Source: Campylobacterales bacterium (lineage in GTDB: Bacteria; Campylobacterota; Campylobacteria; Campylobacterales; Sulfurimonadaceae). From it: 14,866 nucleotides of DNA. Position 1 is the stretch's first letter. Every line of letters starts with the position of its first letter. Positions 1 to 6,921 of this stretch are shown one piece after another. The stretch covers positions 1 to 14,866 of the forward strand of contig JBBRBK010000049.1 in the NCBI GenBank assembly GCA_038205935.1, written 5' to 3'. A program made the translations under genes and the position numbers. The notes under the pieces are model-generated. The model ran no database searches, had not been told where the DNA came from, and was given only the letters and a program-made list of their open reading frames with translations.

Positions 1-89
1 TCTTGCACAGCATGCGGAGTTTTACTACAACCAACTACTATCACAGCCACAACCGCTGCCATTGCTAGTATCTTAATATTTTTTATCAT
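1..89 (-). CDS. Putative lipoprotein, N-terminal part only (runs off the left edge)
   Basis: Manual translation from ATG at 89-87 gives MIKNIKILAMAAVVAVIVVGCSKTPHAVQ: basic N-region, hydrophobic core, lipobox-like VVG|C. AGGAG RBS lies upstream. Confidence 0.75.
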   Translation of the reverse strand, partial: MIKNIKILAMAAVVAVIVVGCSKTPHAVQ

Positions 90-146
90 AAATAACGCTC
101 CTGTTATTGAGTATTAGAAATTATACTCATCTTTTATTAATCAAAG

Positions 147-479
147 TTATTGATGTTTCATCCACTTTTTAAATGGCTGAAGTGAATCGATGAAATCAGC
201 AACATCTTCAATCTCATTATTTGTCAGGGGCAAAGTCGGCATCGCATTGGCGCTGTACCCAAATTCTTTGTACATCTCACTAGGATCTGTCACATAAGCA
301 ATAACTTTAGCTTTTTTTCGAGTGTAGGAAACAAGGTTGAAATCTCTTCCATATCCGCCAGTCATATGAATACTGTGACATTGTGAACAGTAGTCTTTAT
401 AAACGGCTTCACCCCTTAGGATGTCCGCCCAAAGAGAAGAGGTATATAAAAGAATACCACTCAGAAAAAGTTTTTTCAT
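147..479 (-). CDS. Periplasmic monoheme class I cytochrome c
   Basis: Sec signal peptide, one CxxCH motif (CSQCH), distal Met in ANAMP, typical C-terminal helix (LTNNEIEDVADFIDSL), AAGGA RBS. Confidence 0.9.
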   Translation of the reverse strand: MKKLFLSGILLYTSSLWADILRGEAVYKDYCSQCHSIHMTGGYGRDFNLVSYTRKKAKVIAYVTDPSEMYKEFGYSANAMPTLPLTNNEIEDVADFIDSLQPFKKWMKHQ

Positions 480-604
480 AATTAATCCTTTTAATTATTA
501 TCAATTTTTAAAATAATACTTAAATCGGATAAAATTTGTCTTAATTAGAAAGTCACGCAAAAACAGCGGTAAGAATTTTTAAGAGACAGAGAAATATTGT
601 TAAA

Positions 605-623
605 GCTACAAAGTGCATGTAGC
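605..623 (-). terminator. Possible intrinsic terminator downstream of mscS
   Basis: GCTACA/TGTAGC stem with a 7-nt loop, followed by TTT on the minus strand. Confidence 0.4.
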
Positions 624-667
624 CCTAAGAACCTAGAAGATGACCGTTTTTTATTGTAACTCTTATG

Positions 668-1840
668 TCAATGAATAGATTCGGTATTTTTTTCTATATA
701 AAGAGATTGACTCGGGAATGCAAAGGATGCTCCATTGTCGTAAACTATACGCATAAACTCGAGATTGATTCTCTCTTTGACATTGAGATACTCAGCCCAA
801 GCCGTGGATTTTGTGAAAAAATAGCAAAATATCCCAAGGGAACTATCTTGATAATCAGAGAAGTTTATAAGTATGGTATGTTGGTCAATATCTACATCAT
901 TTCGCAGGAGTTCTCGCATCTCTTGCAAGATATTTTTCATCTGTGTGGGCGTAGTCGCGTATGTCAGTCCCAGCGTCATCTTGATTCGGCGCTTTTGCAT
1001 CGCCGACCAGTTGGTGATGGCAACATTGGCGATGACCCCGTTTGGAATGCTTACAAGCGCATCTTCAAATGTCCTGACCTTGGTAGAACGCATTCCTATC
1101 TCTTCGACGTAGCCCTCGACCTCGGGTGTTTTTACCCAGTCTCCGACACGAAAAGGCATATCGCCAAAGATCATAAGAGCGCCAAAGATATTTTTAGTAG
1201 TATCTTGCGCGGCTAGAGCAACAGCCATACCGGCAAGTCCAAGCGAAGCGATCAGTCCGTTGACGTTATAATTCCAAATAGCTAAAATGAAGATGACTGC
1301 AATGATACTAATGGTTATTTTGATGAATTTTTTGGAGAGATTCATAAAGTTTTGGTAAGACTGACTGTGCTTTTTGACCCAAAATTCCTGAGAGTGAGCA
1401 TATAAAAAATCGACGATTAAAAATAGGATCCAAGTGAGTAGAAATATTCTAAAAGATTGTGAACCACTTACGATAGATCTGTTTATTTCATTGTCAAAAT
1501 CAAGAACTGAGAGTGAAATATTGAAGCCCACAAAGAGGACTATCCATTTTATTGGCTTGTAGAGAGTGTAGATCAAGGGCGTTACTTTTACTAACTTTAA
1601 TGCTTTAGAAAGTTTGACAAGGAGATACTGAATCAAGCTTGTAATCTTTTTTCTTAAAAGAAAAAAGATCACAAATGTTAAAACAGAAAAAAGCAATTTT
1701 GAGACAAGGTTTCCAAAAAATTCTTGTGAAAAGAAGATTGCAATATCATCTCTCGGAGTGACAAACTTCCAAAATACCTGTTCAGTAAAATGGTAGAGTT
1801 CTTTACCGAGCCTCATAGTATAAGTTGTATTTTGATCCAC
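668..1840 (-). CDS. Mechanosensitive channel of small conductance (MscS family) with extra N-terminal TM helices
   Basis: MscS signatures ASLGLAGMAVALAAQDT, PFRVGDWV, GYVEEIGMRSTKVRT, IPNG and FAFPSQ. GTG start with AGGAG RBS. Confidence 0.93.
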   Translation of the reverse strand: MDQNTTYTMRLGKELYHFTEQVFWKFVTPRDDIAIFFSQEFFGNLVSKLLFSVLTFVIFFLLRKKITSLIQYLLVKLSKALKLVKVTPLIYTLYKPIKWIVLFVGFNISLSVLDFDNEINRSIVSGSQSFRIFLLTWILFLIVDFLYAHSQEFWVKKHSQSYQNFMNLSKKFIKITISIIAVIFILAIWNYNVNGLIASLGLAGMAVALAAQDTTKNIFGALMIFGDMPFRVGDWVKTPEVEGYVEEIGMRSTKVRTFEDALVSIPNGVIANVAITNWSAMQKRRIKMTLGLTYATTPTQMKNILQEMRELLRNDVDIDQHTILINFSDYQDSSLGIFCYFFTKSTAWAEYLNVKERINLEFMRIVYDNGASFAFPSQSLYIEKNTESIH

Positions 1841-1893
1841 GTATTCTCCTTTTAGATAAATGAAATTTTATCGTTAATAGATTACAAAGGAGT

Positions 1894-1916
1894 TAAATAG
1901 AGAATTTCAAAGAGAA
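1894..1916 (+). repeat. 23-bp direct repeat, copy 1 (TAAATAGAGAATTTCAAAGAGAA)
   Basis: Identical to 4604..4626. Also enclosed by an 8-bp inverted repeat, AAGGAGTT (1887-1894) / AACTCCTT (1917-1924). Confidence 0.9.
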
Positions 1917-1959
1917 AACTCCTTGCAGAGCTTTCTTATGAATTTAACGATTTCTAAAT

Positions 1960-3513
1960 CTAGTTTTCAACTACTCCTTTTGGTTTAATGATCTCCACCG
2001 TAATATTTTTAAGCGATGCATGCAATGGATATTCATCAAGAAATTCTAGGACATCATAGGCGATTGCTTTTGAATTTGAACAATCAATAACGACTTTTGA
2101 ATTGGCAGGAATTGCCTCCAAAGATGCAATGATACTCGCTTTGTTAAAGAATGAGACCTCTTGGGCTAGAACAATATGGTGAATGTCATGTCCCTCATCG
2201 CTCGTTACAATATCTTTCATACAATAAGAGTTGCGATAGCTATGATGTAGAGTAAAAAAGATACTCGCGACCAAACCAGCCATAACACCCGTTAGTAAAT
2301 CACTCACTAACATTACAAGAATTGTCACTACAAATGGGACAAATTGTTCCCATCCAAGAAGATACATCTTTTTAAATAATGAGGGTTTTGTGAGTTTGTA
2401 TCCAACCATCATCAATATAGCGGCCAAAGAAGCAAGTGGAATCATATTTAAAAGTCCAGCGATGGTGACGACACTGATAAGTAAAAAGAAACCATGCAAG
2501 ATAGTAGAAAGTTTGGTTTTAGCTCCAAATGAGATATTCGCTGAACTACGAACAACTACTTGAGTGATCGGTAATCCTCCGATAAGTCCTGAAACCATAT
2601 TTCCCAGTCCTTGCGCTTTTAGCTCTCGATTGGTCGGTGTGACTCGTTTGAAAGGATCAAGTTTATCTGCCGCTTCAACGGATAAAAGAGTCTCTAAACT
2701 TGCAACAACTGCCATAACGATTGCGATTTTATAGACCGCAGGATTACTAAGATGAGAAAAATCTGGAGTTGTAAATTGATTGAACAGTTCAGAAAGGCTT
2801 GAAATGACCGGCAAAGTAACTATTTGTTCCGGACTCAATGTAAAATTGAACCAGTTGTTTTGAAATAAATAGTTCATCAAAATACCAAAAAAGACAACAA
2901 CAATAGGACCTTGAATAATCTCAAAAACACGATATTTTTTAATCAAGACTTTATCCCAAAAGATTAAAATGGCCAAAGAAATTAGCGAGATAAGAATCGC
3001 ACCAGGTGTGAGTAATTGCCATGCGTGAAGAATGCTAGAAAAGGTATTTTCTTCACCCGCTTGAAAAAACGATTGATCTCCTAAAAAATCTACATTGTAA
3101 CCAAGTGCATGTGGAATCTGTTTTAAAATGATTAAGAGTCCAATACCCGTGAGCAAGCCTGTAATAACTGACGTTGGAAAGAAATAGGCGATAAATCCAG
3201 CCTTCATATATCCCATTGCAATTTGAATGATTCCTGCAAGGACTAAAGCTGTCAAAAACGCTTCCCATGAACCAAGTGTCGCAATAGCACCAAAAACGAT
3301 AACCGCGAGCCCCGCAGCAGGACCGCTAACGCCCAAACGAGAGCCACTAGCAATACCAACTACGATGCCTCCAATAATACCGGCAATAACTCCTGAAAAA
3401 AGAGGAGCACCTGAGGCGAGGGCTATTCCAAGACATAAAGGCAGGGCAACAAAAAAGACAATAATACTCGCAGGAAGATCACTTTTTAATTCTTTAAACA
3501 TATCATTGACCAT
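1960..3513 (-). CDS. SulP/SLC26-family inorganic anion transporter (likely bicarbonate) with a short STAS-like C-terminus
   Basis: Motifs VALPLCLGIALASG, SGPAAGL, NRELKAQGLGN and GGLPITQVVVRSSAN; many TM segments. Begins 1 nt after the carbonic anhydrase stop. Confidence 0.93.
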   Translation of the reverse strand: MVNDMFKELKSDLPASIIVFFVALPLCLGIALASGAPLFSGVIAGIIGGIVVGIASGSRLGVSGPAAGLAVIVFGAIATLGSWEAFLTALVLAGIIQIAMGYMKAGFIAYFFPTSVITGLLTGIGLLIILKQIPHALGYNVDFLGDQSFFQAGEENTFSSILHAWQLLTPGAILISLISLAILIFWDKVLIKKYRVFEIIQGPIVVVFFGILMNYLFQNNWFNFTLSPEQIVTLPVISSLSELFNQFTTPDFSHLSNPAVYKIAIVMAVVASLETLLSVEAADKLDPFKRVTPTNRELKAQGLGNMVSGLIGGLPITQVVVRSSANISFGAKTKLSTILHGFFLLISVVTIAGLLNMIPLASLAAILMMVGYKLTKPSLFKKMYLLGWEQFVPFVVTILVMLVSDLLTGVMAGLVASIFFTLHHSYRNSYCMKDIVTSDEGHDIHHIVLAQEVSFFNKASIIASLEAIPANSKVVIDCSNSKAIAYDVLEFLDEYPLHASLKNITVEIIKPKGVVEN

Positions 3514-3514
3514 C

Positions 3515-4168
3515 TTATAGCACCTCAGTCAAATCGGTTAAAGATTGAAATTGACACTCATCTGGATCATAATATTCAATGTTTCCAGTTTCCATGTCAT
3601 ACATCCAACCATGGATATGCAAAGTTCCATTATCTACCTTCTCTTTTACATAAGGATAGGTTAAAAGATTTTCAATCTGTGAAACAAGTGACAATTTTTC
3701 TGTTAATCGTATCAACTCAGCTCTTGGAGCATTTTTACCTAGGGCTAGTTGTGCTAGAGATTTTGCTTTATTTCCAAGAGTAAGCCATTTCTTCGTATGA
3801 ATAAATGCATTTTCATCGATTTCGCTATAGAGTGTTGCAATAGCACCACAATGAGTATGCCCACAAATAATAATTTCCGAAACTTTCAAGGCTGAAACAG
3901 CGTATTCAATCCCAGAAGCTGTCGCATGATAGTCCTCATCAGGCTTAAATGGTGCAACAAAATTCCCTACATTGCGAAGTACAAAGAGATCTCCAGGATC
4001 TGTTTGTGTGATCAAATTTGGAATAACTCTTGAATCAGCACAGCCAATAAAAAGCGCTTTTGGGTGTTGACCATCATGCACTAAACTTAGTAATTCTTTT
4101 TCGTATTGTTTAAAATAACTTTTTTTGAACATTTCATTGCCATCAAGAAGGCTGCTTTTTTTTATCAT
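3515..4168 (-). CDS. Beta-class carbonic anhydrase
   Basis: Zn ligands CADSR (CxDxR) and HTHC (HxxC), plus PGDLFVLRNVGN and IHGWMYD. Start reassigned to the ATG at 4168 (MIKKS) because GAGGAAA precedes it. Confidence 0.93.
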   Translation of the reverse strand: MIKKSSLLDGNEMFKKSYFKQYEKELLSLVHDGQHPKALFIGCADSRVIPNLITQTDPGDLFVLRNVGNFVAPFKPDEDYHATASGIEYAVSALKVSEIIICGHTHCGAIATLYSEIDENAFIHTKKWLTLGNKAKSLAQLALGKNAPRAELIRLTEKLSLVSQIENLLTYPYVKEKVDNGTLHIHGWMYDMETGNIEYYDPDECQFQSLTDLTEVL

Positions 4169-4188
4169 AATAATTTTCCTCATATTTC

Positions 4189-4214
4189 GTGCATAGGAGA
4201 TTTCCTGCATGCAC
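4189..4214 (-). promoter_or_regulatory. RNA hairpin just upstream of the carbonic anhydrase RBS
   Basis: The mRNA GUGCAU-GC-AGGA-AAUC-UCCU-AUGCAC forms a bulged stem a few nt before the GAGGA Shine-Dalgarno. Confidence 0.5.
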
Positions 4215-4250
4215 TATAAATTTATTTTTAGTATTGTAAAAGGTTAGAAG

Positions 4251-4541
4251 TTATGCGTGAAAAAGAAAGTCTGGAGGCTGGAGAGTTAAAAAGGATATGT
4301 CATCTTCGTAGTGAGTAGAGTTATGTTGTGGAGAAAGATTTTTTGGAAAAGCTAAGTAGAATGATGGAATATTCATTAATGCAAGTTCATCAGTATGATC
4401 ATCTAAATCTAAAAAATCAGTTTTCTCAGCTTTGTGTTCGATATTTTTTTCGACTAAAATATCTGCATGAGACAAGATGGGTGCATTCATAGCACTAAAA
4501 GCTGTGATATATGCGAAAATAATAATCATTATAAATTTCAT
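4251..4541 (-). CDS. Small hypothetical protein (96 aa) with signal peptide and C-terminal QPPD; candidate regulatory leader ORF
   Basis: Best start is MKFIMIIIF (ATG at 4541), 6 nt downstream of a TACTAT -10-like box. Hydrophobic N-terminus, acidic/His-containing middle, C-terminal LQPPDFLFHA. Confidence 0.65.
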   Translation of the reverse strand: MKFIMIIIFAYITAFSAMNAPILSHADILVEKNIEHKAEKTDFLDLDDHTDELALMNIPSFYLAFPKNLSPQHNSTHYEDDISFLTLQPPDFLFHA

Positions 4542-4603
4542 AGCGCAATAGTATCTTGCAATAGTAAACATATGAATTTGAATTAATAAAGAATACAACT
4601 GAG

Positions 4604-4626
4604 TAAATAGAGAATTTCAAAGAGAA
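4604..4626 (+). repeat. 23-bp direct repeat, copy 2
   Basis: Identical to 1894..1916. Lies immediately upstream of the TGnTATAAT box of the PRTase gene. Confidence 0.9.
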
Positions 4627-4629
4627 GGC

Positions 4630-4638
4630 TGTTATAAT
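4630..4638 (+). promoter_or_regulatory. Extended -10 promoter (TGtTATAAT), probably giving a leaderless PRTase mRNA
   Basis: TATAAT at 4633-4638 and ATG at 4645 (6-nt gap); no SD sequence. Confidence 0.6.
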
Positions 4639-4644
4639 TCTTTT

Positions 4645-5088
4645 ATGATTTATTATGCCTATGAAAATTTTAAAAACGATACATGTAAGCTTATCGATAA
4701 GGTAAGAAGTTTTGACCCTTAGGTCATAGTGGCCCTAGCTCGCGGCGGGTTAACACTTTCTCATGCGATGGCTGAGGGTTTAAATATAAGAGCGGTCGAA
4801 TCTATTCGCACGGAACTCTATGATAATGACCAAAAAAGAGACGCTATTTGCATCTATGGAGAGTGCAATCTTTTAAACAAAAAACGTGTTTTAGTTGTGG
4901 ACGATATCGCAGACAGCGGTGATACACTCGAAGCGGTTATGCAAAAACTCCATGCGGATAATCCTGACACAGAGTTTAAAACAGCGACACTTTTTTATAA
5001 AAGAACATCTGTTCACCAGCCTGATTTTACAGTAAATGAAGCACTTGACTGGATAGATTTTTTTTGGGAGAGAGATTTTAAATCTTAA
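4645..5088 (+). pseudogene. Purine (xanthine/guanine-type) phosphoribosyltransferase interrupted by an in-frame TAG at 4720-4722
   Basis: The frame from ATG 4645 reads MIYYAYENFKNDTCKLIDKVRSFDP*VIVALARGG, then the PRPP-binding motif VLVVDDIADSGDT and C-terminal WIDFFWE. Confidence 0.75.
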
Positions 5089-5110
5089 AGAGCTTGTAAA
5101 GCTCTAAAGA
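5083..5110. terminator. Hairpin between convergent PRTase and djlA-like genes
   Basis: AGAGCTT-GTA-AAGCTCT stem (5089-5105), extendable by TCTT/AAGA. Confidence 0.4.
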
Positions 5111-5865
5111 TTATCAGTGTGGGATTTTTTTATCATCTCGTAGGCTGAGTTGATCTCTTGGGTTTTAGCAGTTGCTTCTTTGAGATAGTTTTCATCTTTG
5201 CCTTGCGCTTTGATGATATCTGGATGGTATTCACGAACCAGTTTTCTATAAGCTTTCTTGATTGTATCAAGGGAATCACTTTCATTAACACCAATGATTG
5301 CATAAGCATCTTTGAGTGTCGTTTGTGGTGAATGGTTTTTGCTAATGGACTCAAACTGATCGAAGATCTGATGATACATTTGAGGATCGATTTGAAATGC
5401 TTCTGCGATAGTGATGAGAATCTGTTCTTCAGATTTACTGACTTCTCCATCTACAAAAGCGAGCTGGATCAAAAAGCCTAACATCTGCATTTGTTTTTGT
5501 TGATCTCGGAGTATTATTCTATTGAGTGCATGCGCGAGAGATTCTACGTTGTCTGTGATATCTTTTTGCTCACTAAAAATCTGTTTGAAAATATCGCGTG
5601 TTTTCTCAGGTTCTGGAAAAACGCGTGAGATATCGCTAAACATATTACCTACAAGTTCCGCTTCAAGCGCGTCTACTTTGCCATCAGCCTTTGCGACTTT
5701 TGCCACAAGAGATATAAAAATACCCAGTTCACTATGCTCTATGGCTTCTTTTGAGACTGAAAAGTGTTTAAACTGTTCCTCATAGTTTATAGCATATTTC
5801 TTATACCCTTTTGAAATATATAAAAACACCCCAATTAGTAAAATCATAATTAAAAATGTACTCAA
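5104..5865 (-). CDS. djlA: DjlA-like co-chaperone (TM anchor + TerB-like domain + C-terminal J-domain)
   Basis: N-terminal TM segment, TerB-like AKVAKADGKVD and LAFVDGEVSKSE, J-domain KKAYRKLVREYHPD...EINSAYE. TTG start with AGGAG RBS. Confidence 0.85.
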   Translation of the reverse strand: MSTFLIMILLIGVFLYISKGYKKYAINYEEQFKHFSVSKEAIEHSELGIFISLVAKVAKADGKVDALEAELVGNMFSDISRVFPEPEKTRDIFKQIFSEQKDITDNVESLAHALNRIILRDQQKQMQMLGFLIQLAFVDGEVSKSEEQILITIAEAFQIDPQMYHQIFDQFESISKNHSPQTTLKDAYAIIGVNESDSLDTIKKAYRKLVREYHPDIIKAQGKDENYLKEATAKTQEINSAYEMIKKSHTDNL

Positions 5866-5882
5866 GATAAAACTCCTTTTGC

Positions 5883-5909
5883 CTTATACCCTCAGGGTAC
5901 TTCGCATGT
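5883..5909 (+). repeat. 27-bp dispersed hairpin repeat, copy A (in the djlA 5' region)
   Basis: CTTATACCCTCAGGGTACTTCGCATGT; 24/27 identical to copy B. Confidence 0.85.
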
Positions 5910-5956
5910 AAAGGCAATTATAGGCAAATGAAGTTAACATAGCTATAATTTCGGCC

Positions 5957-6862
5957 ATGAAAATAGATATAAAAATCGACGAGGGTATCAAATATATGCT
6001 TTTTGCATCCCTTTTATTTGCCGTTATGGGTGCGTTTGCCAAGCTTTCAAGCGAGCACATGAGTTCACTTGAAGTGGTATTTTTTCGAAATGTTTTTGGT
6101 GTGCTTATTATCGGTTTTGCAGTTTTAAAATCACCTCTGAAGAGTGTTGGAGGGAAGCCATTTTTACTCTTTTTTAGAGGATTTATGGGCTTTACAGCGC
6201 TCTTGGCCTTCTTCTATAATATCGCTCATATCTCTCTTGGCGATGCGATGACTTTTTCAAAAACATCACCTATCTTTACGGCTCTTTTTGCTTGGGCTTT
6301 TTTAAGTGAAAAACTCTCAAAAAAAGCTTGGCTCGCTGTTTTTGTAGGATTTGTCGGAATTGTGATGATTACTCAACCAAGCGGATTAGGGTTTAGTAAA
6401 TATGATATTTTAGGGATTTTTAGCGGTGTGGGAGCGGCACTTGCGTACACTTCGGTGCGAGAACTCAAAAAATATTATGACACCCGCGCTATCGTTTTGT
6501 CTTTTATGGGTGTGGGAACTATCGGGCCGCTTATTTTGCTTTTTATCTCCGCACATGCAAAGTACCCTTTGGGTATAAGCATTCCAGAGCTTGATTTTAT
6601 GCTTGGAACATTTATTATGCCAAGTGGAATTGTTTGGCTTTATGTCCTTGCTATGGGACTTCTAGCGACTTTAGCACAAGTCTATATGACAAAAGCGTAC
6701 GGTGCGAGTAAGGCTGGGATCATCGGCGCTGTGAGTTATACAAACATCCCTTTTTCCATTGCTGTTGGGCTTTTTTTAGGAGATTCTCTGCCGAGTATCA
6801 TTACAACGGCAGGAATCGTTTTGATTATCAGTGCTGGTATTTTGGTGGCAAAAGAAAAGTAG
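5957..6862 (+). CDS. DMT/EamA-family transporter
   Basis: About 10 TM segments in two EamA-like halves (EVVFFRN, LFFRGFMG, SPIFTALFAWAFLSEK). TATAAT lies 7 nt before the ATG, so it is likely leaderless. Confidence 0.9.
   Translation: MKIDIKIDEGIKYMLFASLLFAVMGAFAKLSSEHMSSLEVVFFRNVFGVLIIGFAVLKSPLKSVGGKPFLLFFRGFMGFTALLAFFYNIAHISLGDAMTFSKTSPIFTALFAWAFLSEKLSKKAWLAVFVGFVGIVMITQPSGLGFSKYDILGIFSGVGAALAYTSVRELKKYYDTRAIVLSFMGVGTIGPLILLFISAHAKYPLGISIPELDFMLGTFIMPSGIVWLYVLAMGLLATLAQVYMTKAYGASKAGIIGAVSYTNIPFSIAVGLFLGDSLPSIITTAGIVLIISAGILVAKEK
6553..6579 (-). repeat. 27-bp dispersed hairpin repeat, copy B, inside the DMT CDS
   Basis: Reverse complement is CTTATACCCAAAGGGTACTTTGCATGT; 26/27 identical to copy C. 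Read in frame as HAKYPLGIS. Confidence 0.85.
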
Positions 6863-6885
6863 TTAATTTTACTTGTAACTCATTA

Positions 6886-6894
6886 TGATATAAT
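6886..6894 (+). promoter_or_regulatory. Extended -10 promoter (TGaTATAAT) for kdsA-ribH
   Basis: Consensus TGnTATAAT 27 nt upstream of the kdsA ATG, followed by an AAGG RBS. Confidence 0.55.
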
Positions 6895-6921
6895 CTCCTA
6901 CTTATTTAAAAGGCAAATATT

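Noticed and set aside
605..623. Additional copy of the 27-bp repeat (shares GCATGTA)
   Set aside because: The match is too short and lacks the TACCC/GGGTA core; it is better explained as a terminator hairpin.
665..1216. 183-aa plus-strand ORF and other antisense or overlapping ORFs (873, 3053, 3227, 5133, 5522, 7318, 7457, 8337, 8902, 9552, 10057, 11442, 11701, 11747, 11919, 13721)
   Set aside because: They overlap well-supported genes and show no recognisable motifs, so they are treated as shadow ORFs.
4169..4210. Longer CA N-terminus (ORF-track start 4210), and the track starts at 4598, 13383 and 13645
   Set aside because: Downstream ATGs have better SD or promoter spacing, and the extensions run through hairpin or operator sequence.
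1894..4626. IS or composite transposon around CA-SulP
   Set aside because: No transposase or integrase and no terminal inverted repeats at both ends; only a direct repeat is supported.
4720..4722. Genome-wide TAG reassignment or pyrrolysine as the explanation for the PRTase stop
   Set aside because: TAG serves as a normal stop for sulP, djlA, DMT, kdsA, the M16 gene and relE in this window, and no pyl genes are visible.
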